Source: an uncultured Gemmatimonadales bacterium (GTDB lineage: Bacteria; Gemmatimonadota; Gemmatimonadetes; Gemmatimonadales; GWC2-71-9). From it: a stretch of 64,000 bases of DNA. Where the stretch lies: positions 1,888,001-1,952,000 of the forward strand of contig CAVZZO010000001.1 of the NCBI GenBank assembly GCA_963779755.1. The letters are read 5' to 3'. The translations under genes were made by a program, and so were the position numbers. Positions 51,604-61,127 of the stretch are shown one piece after another. The notes beneath the pieces are model-generated. The model was not told the origin of the DNA. It saw only the letters and a program-made list of their open reading frames with translations, and ran no database searches. Every line of letters begins with the position of its first letter. Positions within the stretch are counted from its first letter, which is position 1.

Positions 51604-54219
51604 TCAGCGCTTGGATACGACGATGAGGGTGACTACGGTCGCCAGGACCTGGGCACCGGCCGAGAGAATAGTGGCGATACTAGTCCCCTGCTGCTCGGCG
51701 GCGGTGCGGCGCGGCACGTAGACCTGCCCGCCCGCGCCCAGGTGGGGTACATGGTCGGCCAGCAGCCAGCGGCGCTTGACCGCGTCCTTCTTGCCGTCGG
51801 GCTGGACCACGTAGGTGCGCTTGCGGTCGGCGTGCTCGGCATAGCCGCCCGCGCGACTGACGTACCAGTCGGCCGAGCGGCCGGGCTCCCAGGCAACCGG
51901 CCCGGGAGAGTTCACCTCGCCGTCCACAACCACGATGTTGCTGTACTCGGGGATGCTGATGCTGTCGCCATCGGCGAGGATCACGTTGTCTTTCGCGTCG
52001 GCATCCTTGAGCACGCGGGGCAGGTCGATGCCCACCCGTTCGCGCAGCACCATGGGGGCGGTGAGCACGCTGTCGGGTTTGCCGGTCATGGTGGCGGGTT
52101 TCGGCATGGTCGTGTCGCTGGTATCCTGCGCGACGCTGTCGCTGTCGGCCGCCGGATGCAGCAGGACGCCGGTCACCCGGTAGAATTCGATGCCGCCGGC
52201 GTAGGCCTGGTCGGTCAGGCCGCCGGCCCGCTCGACCAGGTCGCGCAGGCGCTCGGTCTTGCTGAGCAGGGCGTAGCGTCCCGGGTGGCGCACTTCGCCG
52301 GTGAGCGTCACCAGGCGGGGCAGGGCCCAGCCGGTCTGGCGGGTAATGAGCACATTGTCGTACGGCTGCAGCATCACCTCCGGCGCGCCGGACGCCCTGG
52401 TGGGAATGCCGGGAGGGCCGCCATAGCCCTCTGCCGTGCGCTCCACCAGGTAGGTGGAATCGAGCGGTGCCTCGATGGTGCGGGCCAGCGTGCCGGGCTT
52501 GCGGTCGTCCGGGACGCGGGCGATCTGCGCCTGCCGCAGGTCGGCGTCCTGGGTGACGCCGCCGGCCAGGAGCACGGCATCGCGGAGGGTCATGCCTTCG
52601 CGATAGGCCACCCGGCCCTGCTGGCGGACGGCACCCACCACCGACACGTAGCGCTCCGGCCGGAAGTTGCCCCGGCCGAAGACGGTGATCTCATCTTCCT
52701 GCTGCAGGACGATGTCCTGGGTGAGCGAGCCGGTCGAGTCGCGGAAGGCCGAGCGGAGCTGGACCCGGCTCGAGTCGGCGCGCACCCGGGAAACCAGGAT
52801 GCGATCGAGGTAGACGTCGGGCCGGGGGCCGCCGGCCAGGCGCAGCGCGTCGGAAAGCCGCATGCCCTCGCGGTAGCCGACCACGCCCGGGGTCCAGACG
52901 TCGCCCAGGACGGTGACATAGCTGCGCACGCGCGCCGGTACCTTGAAGACCACGATGGAATCGCCCGCCTCCATGGGCACGGCCGGCACCGCGCCGCCGG
53001 TGAACTGGTCGGGCCCGACGTCGATGACCACTCGGGTGCCCTGCGGCTCGCCCGCCCCGGAGGGCAGTATCCGGTGGATCTGCACCCGGCGCTGAATGGC
53101 TTCGGGGTCGAACCCCCCGGCATCGGCGATGGCGTCCCGGAGCGTTTCGCCCGTTTTCATCTCGTAGACGGCCGGGCGGATGACCGCGCCGGTGATCTTG
53201 ACCAGGGGGCCGTGCACCGGAACGAAGACCACATCGCCGGTCTGCAGACGCGCCTGGGTGCCGAGGTCGCCGTGCAGCAGGTAATCGTAGGCATCGACCG
53301 AGTCGACGATGGTCGAGCCGTGCCGCACCAGGATCCGCCGCAGGCTGCCCTGTTCCGTGGGGCCGGCGGCGGCATAGAGCGCGGTGAGGGGTGTGCCGGC
53401 GGCGGACACCTGGTAGGAGCCCGGCTGTATGACATCGCCGACGACATAGACCTGAATATTTCGCAGGGACGCGACGCTCACCTGGAAGTGGGTGGTGGCC
53501 GAGGCGCCGCGGCGGACCCCGGAATAGACCTTGCCCAGCCGCTGATACAGCAGATCGTTCAACTGCCCCAGCGTGAGGTTGGCCACATACACCGTTCCCA
53601 CCTGGGGAATGAAGACAAAACCTTCCCGGGTCACCTCCAGGGTGTAGGCGTTCTCCACGTCGCCCGAGAGGATGAGCACCAGCACGTCGCCCGGTCCCAG
53701 GCGGTAGTTCTCGTCCACCGGCCCGGTCTCCGGCGCCTGGAAGGCGCTGCTGACCCGCTGAAAGGCCTCGAGCCCGAATCGCTGCAGCCCTTTCTTGCGC
53801 CGCAGCGTATCGGCCGCCAGGGTATCGGCCCGGCGGCCGGCGAGGGAGTCGCGCAGCTGCTGCAGGGAGTCGGCGCCCTGCATGCTGACGATGCCCAGCG
53901 CGCCGATGGCGTCGAGCACGCCCTGGTTCGGCATGGGCGTCTGGGTGGTGTCGGCGCCCTGAAGGTAGGAATCGAGGAGATTCTCGGGATACCCCATGGC
54001 ACGGAGGCGCGCCCGTACCTGATCGGGCGTGAGTCCCGACTCGCCGATCCGCCGTCGCAGCTCCGACACGAGGCCGGGCTGGGTGCGGAGCAGCTGCTGC
54101 GCCTGGTCGGCCGTCGGCAACTGGGCGGATGCCCGCGCCGGGAGGAGCCAGACCAGAATGCAGAAGAGGAGAGCGGAGTGAAACGCGAGAACCCGGCTCC
54201 GCCGGGTATGTGATGGCAT
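51604..54219 (-). CDS. Polysaccharide export protein with multiple SLBB domains (Wza/KpsD-like)
   Basis: Signal peptide, YRLGPGDVL, repeated V.V.G.V..PG.Y...TL.DA...AGG SLBB units, C-terminal amphipathic helix. Confidence 0.9.
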   Translation of the reverse strand: MPSHTRRSRVLAFHSALLFCILVWLLPARASAQLPTADQAQQLLRTQPGLVSELRRRIGESGLTPDQVRARLRAMGYPENLLDSYLQGADTTQTPMPNQGVLDAIGALGIVSMQGADSLQQLRDSLAGRRADTLAADTLRRKKGLQRFGLEAFQRVSSAFQAPETGPVDENYRLGPGDVLVLILSGDVENAYTLEVTREGFVFIPQVGTVYVANLTLGQLNDLLYQRLGKVYSGVRRGASATTHFQVSVASLRNIQVYVVGDVIQPGSYQVSAAGTPLTALYAAAGPTEQGSLRRILVRHGSTIVDSVDAYDYLLHGDLGTQARLQTGDVVFVPVHGPLVKITGAVIRPAVYEMKTGETLRDAIADAGGFDPEAIQRRVQIHRILPSGAGEPQGTRVVIDVGPDQFTGGAVPAVPMEAGDSIVVFKVPARVRSYVTVLGDVWTPGVVGYREGMRLSDALRLAGGPRPDVYLDRILVSRVRADSSRVQLRSAFRDSTGSLTQDIVLQQEDEITVFGRGNFRPERYVSVVGAVRQQGRVAYREGMTLRDAVLLAGGVTQDADLRQAQIARVPDDRKPGTLARTIEAPLDSTYLVERTAEGYGGPPGIPTRASGAPEVMLQPYDNVLITRQTGWALPRLVTLTGEVRHPGRYALLSKTERLRDLVERAGGLTDQAYAGGIEFYRVTGVLLHPAADSDSVAQDTSDTTMPKPATMTGKPDSVLTAPMVLRERVGIDLPRVLKDADAKDNVILADGDSISIPEYSNIVVVDGEVNSPGPVAWEPGRSADWYVSRAGGYAEHADRKRTYVVQPDGKKDAVKRRWLLADHVPHLGAGGQVYVPRRTAAEQQGTSIATILSAGAQVLATVVTLIVVSKR

Positions 54220-54269
54220 AGGCCTCCAAAGTGCGCGGGCCCTGCGGGCAAATCAAGGCCGCAAGCCGG

Positions 54270-55376
54270 TCAGCCGGCCGCCTGCTCCACCTGCCGCCAG
54301 AACTCGAGCGTGCGGCGGGCCAGGGCGACGTCCACGAACTGATCCATGACGCGGGCCCGGGCCGCGGCACCGATCGCTTCGCGGCGCTCCCGGCTTTCCT
54401 GCAGTGTGCGCAGCGCCCGGGAGAGTGCGTCGACGTTCTCCTCGGGCACGATCAGTCCCGCGTCGCCCAGCACGTCCGGCAGCGCGCCGGAGTCGCTGGC
54501 TACCACCGGCAGCCCCCGCGCCATCGCTTCCAGCACGATCCGTCCGTGGGCTTCGACCCATCGCGGCGTGGTCCGGGCCGGTAGTCCGAGACAATCCGCC
54601 CGTCGCCAGGCCGCTTCCAGCTCCGCCGGGGGCAAGGCGCCCAGCCAGGTAATGCGCGAGGCGATCCCCAGCCGCTCCGCCAGCCGCTCCAGCTCTTCCT
54701 GGGCGGGCCCGGTGCCAACCACGACGATCTCCCAGCCGCCGAAGAGCTGCACGCAGGCGCGGAAGAGCAGGTCCAGCCCGCGTTCGGGCACCAGGCGGCC
54801 GATGAATACGATGGTGAACTCGCGCGTGCCGCGGGGCGGAGGCGCCGGCGGAACCGAGACGCCCAGCTGGGGCAACACGGCGGCGGGAATGCCGGGCCGA
54901 TCGCGCAGGAGCAGACCGGTGGCGCGCCGGTTGGGCCCCAGCACGCCGGCTACCCGGCCCAGCACCCGCTGCCGGCGCCAGCGTTGGCGCGCGGGCAGGC
55001 TGCGCTCCAGGCTCTCGGCGCTGAACAGCACGGTGGTGATGCCCAGTCGCGCCGCCGTCGCCGTGATGGCGCCGGCTACCTGGGTCCAGGGCTCTTCCTC
55101 CACCTGCACCACATCGGGGCGAAAGTCCCGGAGGAGCTTGCGCAGCGTGCGCCGGTCCCAGGCGGCGGTCTCGCTCCCCGGGCGCAGCACCGGCACCGGG
55201 GCGATGCGCAGCCCGCTGTCGTCTTCCCAGGCGGCGCGCAAGGTGCCCCGCGGGGCCGGGAAAGGCCAGGACTCTGGTACCGCCACGGTCACGGCGCAGC
55301 CCCGGCCCGCAAGCGCCCGGAGCTTTCCCCGGTTGGCGGGGTCGATATAGGGGTGGCCCACGATAACGGCCCGCAT
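54270..55376 (-). CDS. Glycosyltransferase family 4 (GT-B); alternative GTG start at 55382
   Basis: FIGRLVPERG, WVEAHGRIVLEAMARGLPVVASDSGALPDV. Confidence 0.88.
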   Translation of the reverse strand: MRAVIVGHPYIDPANRGKLRALAGRGCAVTVAVPESWPFPAPRGTLRAAWEDDSGLRIAPVPVLRPGSETAAWDRRTLRKLLRDFRPDVVQVEEEPWTQVAGAITATAARLGITTVLFSAESLERSLPARQRWRRQRVLGRVAGVLGPNRRATGLLLRDRPGIPAAVLPQLGVSVPPAPPPRGTREFTIVFIGRLVPERGLDLLFRACVQLFGGWEIVVVGTGPAQEELERLAERLGIASRITWLGALPPAELEAAWRRADCLGLPARTTPRWVEAHGRIVLEAMARGLPVVASDSGALPDVLGDAGLIVPEENVDALSRALRTLQESRERREAIGAAARARVMDQFVDVALARRTLEFWRQVEQAAG

Positions 55377-55378
55377 GC

Positions 55379-56449
55379 TCACCGCTCCAGCAGGGCGCGG
55401 ATGGCGGAGGCGGTGCGCTCGGCGGCGTCTCCTGTGCCGTAGGCGTCGCGGTCCCAGGGCCGCCCAGGCTTGTCTTCCAGCCGGGCCTGGACGGCGGCTG
55501 CCAGATCCCGGGAGGCATGCTCGGGCGCGACCAGGTGATTGGCGCCGAGTGCCAGCGTCTCGGTCCATTCGGTCTCGCGCCGGATGGTGATGCACGGGAC
55601 GCCGAGCCAGTAGGCCTCGCGCTGCACGCCGCCCGAATCGGTCACCACCAGGCTGGCATCCCGGGTGAATCCGATGCTCTCCAGATAGCCGACGGGGGGG
55701 ATGATCTCCAGGCTGCCATGGGCTTCCAGGCCCAGCCGGTCGAGCGCCAGCCGGGTGCGCGGGTGCGCCGCCAGCTTCACCGGCAGCGGCAGGCGGGCGA
55801 GAGCCCCGATCACATCGGCCAGCACCTCGGGGTGGTCGGTCAACTCGGCGCGGTGCAGGGTGGCGAAGACGTAGGGTCTGGTGCTGCCCCCGGTGGGGGG
55901 AAGATCCTCCGCCAGGACGTGTTGCAGAACGTCACGTGCGACGTCCCCCGTCTGGACCACGGTGGCCTCCGGCCGTTCGCGGCGCAGGCGCTCGGTCGCC
56001 TGGGCGGACGGGGTGCAGAGCAGCTCGCCGATGGCATCGGTCGCCCGGCGGTTGATTTCCTCGGCCATCTGGTGATCGGTGGCGCGCAGGCCCGCCTCCA
56101 CGTGCGCTACCGGGACGCGGAGCTGGGCGGCGGCCAGCGCCGCCCCCAGGGTCGAGTTGGTATCGCCGATCACGATGACGAGCCGGGGGCGGGCGGCCTC
56201 CAGCAGGGCGGCCGTCCGGGTGAGTACCGCCGCCGTCTGTTCGGCGTGGCCGGCGGAGCCGACCTCGAGGAAGTGGTCGGGGGGCGCGACACCGAGCTGC
56301 TGGTAGAGCAGGGCATTGAGGGCGAAATCGTAATGCTGGCCGGTATCGACCGAGAGGAGCCGCCAGCCCGGCGCCAGCGCCCGGCGCAGCGCGCTGGCCT
56401 TGATGACCTGGGGGCGGGTCCCGTAACACAAGGCGAGATCTACCGTCAA
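55379..56449 (-). CDS. wecB: UDP-N-acetylglucosamine 2-epimerase (non-hydrolysing) family
   Basis: GTRPQVIK, TGQHYD, GDTNST, HVEAGLR, EEINR, TDSGGVQREA, TEW; TTG start assumed. Confidence 0.92.
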   Translation of the reverse strand: MTVDLALCYGTRPQVIKASALRRALAPGWRLLSVDTGQHYDFALNALLYQQLGVAPPDHFLEVGSAGHAEQTAAVLTRTAALLEAARPRLVIVIGDTNSTLGAALAAAQLRVPVAHVEAGLRATDHQMAEEINRRATDAIGELLCTPSAQATERLRRERPEATVVQTGDVARDVLQHVLAEDLPPTGGSTRPYVFATLHRAELTDHPEVLADVIGALARLPLPVKLAAHPRTRLALDRLGLEAHGSLEIIPPVGYLESIGFTRDASLVVTDSGGVQREAYWLGVPCITIRRETEWTETLALGANHLVAPEHASRDLAAAVQARLEDKPGRPWDRDAYGTGDAAERTASAIRALLER

Positions 56450-56625
56450 TCCGGGTATGCCGATCCTCCGGGGAGTTCGCCGGACCCAGTCCGGCGGCGC
56501 TGTAAAATGACCGCACGTCCCCGCGGTTCCAAGCGGTGGCGCGGGACGACAGTTGACAAGGCGCCTTTTGTGGGCAGGTTCGGTCTCAGGAGCAGGCCTG
56601 TTTCTCACCCTGGGTGGCGGAGCGC

Positions 56626-57738
56626 ATGCGGATTCTGCATCTGGCGAAGTACTACTGGCCCCATTCAGGAGGAATGGAGCGGGTGGTCCAGGATCTGGCC
56701 GAGGGCGCGGCGGCCCTGGGGCACCAGGTCGAGGTGGTGGCCTATGAGAGCCGGATCCGCAGCCGCAGCGGCGGCGAGCGCCACACCGTCAAGCGGGTGT
56801 TCTCTTTCGGCGCAGTCGCCTCCCAGGAGATCGCGCCCGGCTACCTGGCCGCCGCCTGGGGCGCAGCCGACGTGGTTCACCTGCACCATCCGCACCCACT
56901 GGCCGATTTCGCCGTGATGGCGCGGCTCCGGCGCACCCCGCTCGTCATCACCCATCATGCCGATACCCGGCGGTTCACCTCCCGCCTGCTGGCGCGCTCG
57001 GCGCTGCGGCGCGCGCGCGCCGTCGTGGTGCCGAGCCGGGCGCATGTGGCGCTCTCGAGCGAGCTGCAGGATTACGAACCCAAGATCGAGGTCATCCCCT
57101 TCGGCATCGACGCCGAGCGCTGGCGCGCGGTTCCGCCGCCGCCGGAGGGTCCGCCCCGCGCCATCTTCATCGGGCGGCTGGCGCGCTACAAGGGCGTGGA
57201 CGTGCTGCTGCGGGCGCTGGAGCTGGTGCCGGAATTGTCGCTGGACATCGTCGGCACGGGTCCCGAGGCATCGCGCCTGCGCACCCTGGCGCGCGCGCTG
57301 GCCATTTCCGACCGGGTGCGCTGGTGGGGCGAGACGCCGGACGAGGACCTCCCGCGGCGGATGGCAGAGGCCAGCTTTCTGGTGCTGCCCTCGGTGACGG
57401 TGGAGGAGATGTTCGGACTGGTGCTGCTGGAGGCCATGGCGGCGGGACGTCCGGTGATTACCACGGCGGTGCCCAGCGGGGTGCGCGAGGTGACCTTGCC
57501 GGGAGAAACCGGGCTGGAGGTGCCGCTCCGGGATGTCCGGGCTCTGGCCATCGCCCTGGAGACTCTGGCTCGCGATCGCGCGTTGCGCCAGCGGATGGGT
57601 GATGCGGGGCGGCGGCGGGTCGCGGGGCAGTTCACCCGGGAGGAGATGGTGAGCCGCCATCTGGTCCTCTACCAGCGGTTGCTGGCCGGCGCGCCGCCCG
57701 TGGGGGTTGCCGATGCTTTAAGTCGGCCATCGCGTTAA
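56626..57738 (+). CDS. Glycosyltransferase family 4
   Basis: KYYWPHSGGME, HLHHPHP, IGRLARYKG, EMFGLVLLEAMAAGRPVI. Confidence 0.9.
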   Translation: MRILHLAKYYWPHSGGMERVVQDLAEGAAALGHQVEVVAYESRIRSRSGGERHTVKRVFSFGAVASQEIAPGYLAAAWGAADVVHLHHPHPLADFAVMARLRRTPLVITHHADTRRFTSRLLARSALRRARAVVVPSRAHVALSSELQDYEPKIEVIPFGIDAERWRAVPPPPEGPPRAIFIGRLARYKGVDVLLRALELVPELSLDIVGTGPEASRLRTLARALAISDRVRWWGETPDEDLPRRMAEASFLVLPSVTVEEMFGLVLLEAMAAGRPVITTAVPSGVREVTLPGETGLEVPLRDVRALAIALETLARDRALRQRMGDAGRRRVAGQFTREEMVSRHLVLYQRLLAGAPPVGVADALSRPSR

Positions 57739-57787
57739 GTTTAGGAAGCCGCTCGACCCTCGTTGGCGGGCACTTTGCCGGTAGACT

Positions 57788-59392
57788 ATGCCAGGACCAC
57801 GGATTGCTGTCGAAACTCCACCTACTCAGCCCGCGATGACGGCCAGTCCCCGTCCGGCCCTCCTGTCTTCGGAGTCAGTCCTTCCGCCCCCCCACGCCGT
57901 GCCGGTCGAGGTGCGGCTGGCCCTGCAGCGCCGCGCAGCGGGCAACTTCCGGCGCCATCTCTTCCGGGCGGTTCGCCGGGTTGCCGTCCTGATGCTGGCG
58001 GATCTGGGCACCTTCGAACTGATGCGGGTGGCGCTCCGGTCCCTGCGCGATCAGGCCACCGGCGGCAGCGACCTGGCCCGGATGCTCCAGGTCACCCTGC
58101 CGACCGGCTACCTGGGCGGGTGGCAGTTCGCCGCCGCGCTGCTGCTGGGGCTCTGGATTACCGGGAACTATGCCCCGGGTGACAACCGCCGCAGCGGGCG
58201 CCAACTGCTGGCCGGGTGCGCCTTTGCCGTGGCGCTGCCGCTGTGGCTGGCGCTGTGGAGCGAGGGCGCATCGCTGGTCCTTTTCCAGTATGCGCTGACG
58301 GTGTTTCTGGTCTGGGCGGTCATCATGGGCGAACGGCTGCTGATCGACCGGGTGGTGGCCCTGGTGCTGCCGGTGGAACATCGCGCGGCGCGCACCCTCT
58401 TCGTCGGGCCGGCCGCCGCCTGCCGCACCGCCATGGGCAACCGGGCCTTCTCCCGGTCCCCCGATCATTTGGCGGTGGGATTCGTGGATCTCAGTCTCCC
58501 CCCTGCCGCCGACGCGCTGGGGTCGATCCCCGAGCTGCCGCAGGTGCTGCAGCGCTCGCGGGCCGAGGCGGTGGTCGCCTGCGGGTACCTCTCCGACGCG
58601 CAGCTGCACGATGTGACCGAAATAACGCTGCTGGCCGGGTGCCAGCTGCTCTCGCTCCCCCGGACGATCAGCGTGGCAGGAGTGCAGCCGGCGGTGGTCT
58701 GGCGGCAGGGACAGCCCGTGGTGGAGCTGAGCGCGCCCAGCCTCAAGGGGCAGCAGTTGTTCATGAAGCGCACGCTGGATCTCCTGGGCGCCTCGCTGAT
58801 GCTGGTGGTGGCATCACCGGTCATGCTGCTGGCGGCGATCGCCATAGTGCTGGATTCCCGCGGGGGTGTCTTCTTCCTGCAGGACCGGATCGGCACCGGG
58901 GGGCGGACGTTCAAGGTGTGGAAATTCCGGACCATGGTGTACGGCGCTTCGGATACCGTCCACCGGGACCTGGTCAGCCGGATGATCCGGGAGAACGATC
59001 CCGAGGCCGGGCAGGCCGCGGGCGACGGCCGGCCGGTCTACAAGCTGGTCAACGACGCGCGAGTGACCCGGGTCGGCCGCTGGCTGCGCCGCACGTCACT
59101 GGACGAGTTGCCCCAGCTCTTTAACGTTCTGAAGGGCGAAATGAGCCTGGTGGGGCCGCGTCCGCCGCTGCACTATGAGTTCGAGGCGTACGATCACTGG
59201 CAGTACGACCGGCTCCAGGTGCGCCCGGGGATCACCGGCCTGTGGCAGGTTTCCGGCCGCAACCTGCTCACCTACCGGCAGATGTGCGAACTGGACGTGG
59301 AGTATGTCCGCCAGTGGTCGCTGTACCTGGATCTCAAGATTCTCCTGCGCACCGTGCCGGTGGTCCTGTTCAACAGCGGCCGGGCGGCGTGA
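57788..59392 (+). CDS. Undecaprenyl-phosphate sugar phosphotransferase (WcaJ-like, long form); start may be ATG 57836
   Basis: N-terminal TM helices, KRTLDL, KFRTM, DARVTRVGRWLRRTSLDELPQLFNVLKGEMSLVGPRP, PGITGLWQV. Confidence 0.93.
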   Translation: MPGPRIAVETPPTQPAMTASPRPALLSSESVLPPPHAVPVEVRLALQRRAAGNFRRHLFRAVRRVAVLMLADLGTFELMRVALRSLRDQATGGSDLARMLQVTLPTGYLGGWQFAAALLLGLWITGNYAPGDNRRSGRQLLAGCAFAVALPLWLALWSEGASLVLFQYALTVFLVWAVIMGERLLIDRVVALVLPVEHRAARTLFVGPAAACRTAMGNRAFSRSPDHLAVGFVDLSLPPAADALGSIPELPQVLQRSRAEAVVACGYLSDAQLHDVTEITLLAGCQLLSLPRTISVAGVQPAVVWRQGQPVVELSAPSLKGQQLFMKRTLDLLGASLMLVVASPVMLLAAIAIVLDSRGGVFFLQDRIGTGGRTFKVWKFRTMVYGASDTVHRDLVSRMIRENDPEAGQAAGDGRPVYKLVNDARVTRVGRWLRRTSLDELPQLFNVLKGEMSLVGPRPPLHYEFEAYDHWQYDRLQVRPGITGLWQVSGRNLLTYRQMCELDVEYVRQWSLYLDLKILLRTVPVVLFNSGRAA

Positions 59393-59396
59393 GTGC

Positions 59397-59506
59397 ACGG
59401 CAGGACGGCAGGACGGCAGGACGGCAGGACGGCAGGACGGCAGGACGGCAAGACGGCAAGACGGTAGGACGGCAAGACGGCCAGGACTGGCGACTGGTGA
59501 CTGGCA
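59397..59506 (+). repeat. Octamer tandem array (ACGGCARG)x11 followed by heptamer (ACTGGYR)x3
   Basis: acggcagg x6, acggcaag x2, acggtagg, acggcaag, acggccagg; actggcg actggtg actggca. Confidence 0.95.
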
Positions 59507-59577
59507 AGTTTCGCGACTTATTTTCCGCGGCCGATAACTGATAGCATGCTCCCACCCACCTGAGGTCATAGCGCATC

Positions 59578-60621
59578 GTGCCACCACTGCGTGTCGGGGT
59601 CATCGGGTGCGGGTACTGGGGCCCCAATCTCGTCCGGAATTTTGCGCGCCATCCGGAGAGCCGGGTCAACGCGGTCTGCGACCGGATGCATGAGCGTGCG
59701 GCGCGAGCCGGCGCGGAGTACCGCGTTCCCCTGGTATCAGACGACCCGCAGGACCTGCTCAGCTCGCGGGAGCTGGACCTGATCGTGATCGCGACGCCCA
59801 GCTTCACCCACTTCGATCTGGCGAAGGCGGCGCTGGCAGCGGGGAAACACGTGCTGGTGATGAAGCCGCTGGCGACGCGGGCGGAGGAGGCGGAGGAGTT
59901 GTGTGACCTGGCCGACCGCAAGGGGGTGCAGCTGGCGGTGGATCATACCTTCGTCTTTACCGCCGCCGTCCGGAAGATGAAAGAGCTGATCGACAACGGC
60001 GAGATCGGCGATCTCTACTATTTCGATTCGGTGCGGATCAACCTGGGCCTGATCCAGACCGACGTGAACGTGATCTGGGATCTGGCGCCGCACGACGTCT
60101 CCATCATGGACTACCTGCTGGCCGAGGAGGCGGTGGCGGTCTCCGCGGTGGGAGCGTGTCATGGCGGCAGCCCCACGGAGAACATCGCCTACATCCACGT
60201 GCAGTTCAGCGGCTCCCTGCTGGGGCACGTGCACGTCAACTGGCTGGCGCCGGCCAAGGTGCGGACCACCATTCTGGGAGGCTCCAAGCGGATGGTGATC
60301 TACGACGACATGGAACCCAGCGAAAAGCTCAAGATCTACGACAAGGGCGTGCTCATCTCCCAGGATCCCGGGCAGGAGAGTGAGTATCAGTGGATGATCC
60401 AGTACCGCTCCGGCGACATGCACGCCCCCAAGCTGGATGCCCGCGAGGCGCTGGCCACCGAGGTCGATAACATCATCCGCGCGACCCGCGGCCAGGAGCC
60501 GCTCATCTGCGACGGCCGGGCCGGGTGGCGGGTGGTCCGCATTCTGGACGCCGCCCAGCGATCCATCGAACAGGGCGGGATCCGGGTGGCGGTCAACGGC
60601 GCCGGGATCTCCTCCCGCTGA
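59578..60621 (+). CDS. Gfo/Idh/MocA family oxidoreductase (sugar-nucleotide dehydrogenase)
   Basis: GCGYWGPNLVRNF, IATP..TH, KHVLVMKP, WDLAPHD. Confidence 0.92.
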   Translation: MPPLRVGVIGCGYWGPNLVRNFARHPESRVNAVCDRMHERAARAGAEYRVPLVSDDPQDLLSSRELDLIVIATPSFTHFDLAKAALAAGKHVLVMKPLATRAEEAEELCDLADRKGVQLAVDHTFVFTAAVRKMKELIDNGEIGDLYYFDSVRINLGLIQTDVNVIWDLAPHDVSIMDYLLAEEAVAVSAVGACHGGSPTENIAYIHVQFSGSLLGHVHVNWLAPAKVRTTILGGSKRMVIYDDMEPSEKLKIYDKGVLISQDPGQESEYQWMIQYRSGDMHAPKLDAREALATEVDNIIRATRGQEPLICDGRAGWRVVRILDAAQRSIEQGGIRVAVNGAGISSR

Positions 60622-60626
60622 CGCGG

Positions 60627-61127
60627 ATGGCACCGGCGGACGACGATGCGCGGCTCTGCCGGATCGCGCCGGACGTGAAGCTGGGGCGCGGGGTGCGCCT
60701 CTACGCCTTCGTCAACCTCTACGGCTGCCAGATCGGCGACGACACCTCCATCGGTACGTTCGTCGAAATCCAGAAGGGCGTGCGGATCGGCGCCCGCTGC
60801 AAAATCCAGAGCCACACGTTCATCTGCGAAGGCGTCACGATCGAAGACGAGGTCTTCGTCGGCCACAACGTCAACTTCATCAACGACCGGTTCCCCCGGG
60901 CAGCCAATCCCGACGGGTCCCGCCAGACCGAGGTCGACTGGGCGGTCGAGCCGACGGTGGTCCGCCGCGGCGCGTCCATCGGGACTGGGGCCGTGCTGCT
61001 GGGCGGGATCACCGTCGGCGCGGGCGCGCTGGTGGGAGCCGGCGCGGTAGTGACCCGCGATGTCCCCGCGGGCGCGACGGTGGTGGGCAACCCCGCGCGG
61101 GTGGTGGAGCGGGAGGGCCCGGCCTGA
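60627..61127 (+). CDS. Hexapeptide-repeat acetyltransferase (WbpD-like)
   Basis: NLYGCQIGD, IGTFVEIQK, CKIQSHTFICEGV, GAGAVVTRDV, GNPAR. Confidence 0.9.
   Translation: MAPADDDARLCRIAPDVKLGRGVRLYAFVNLYGCQIGDDTSIGTFVEIQKGVRIGARCKIQSHTFICEGVTIEDEVFVGHNVNFINDRFPRAANPDGSRQTEVDWAVEPTVVRRGASIGTGAVLLGGITVGAGALVGAGAVVTRDVPAGATVVGNPARVVEREGPA

Noticed and set aside
57776..57790. gccggtagac as an ops/JUMPstart element
   Set aside because: Poor match to GGCGGTAGnnTG; TAGACT is better read as a possible -10 box
59242..59587. Small ORFs with RQDGRTAG / PSCRPAVL repeats
   Set aside because: Translations of the octamer array overlapping the sugar transferase; no evidence of coding
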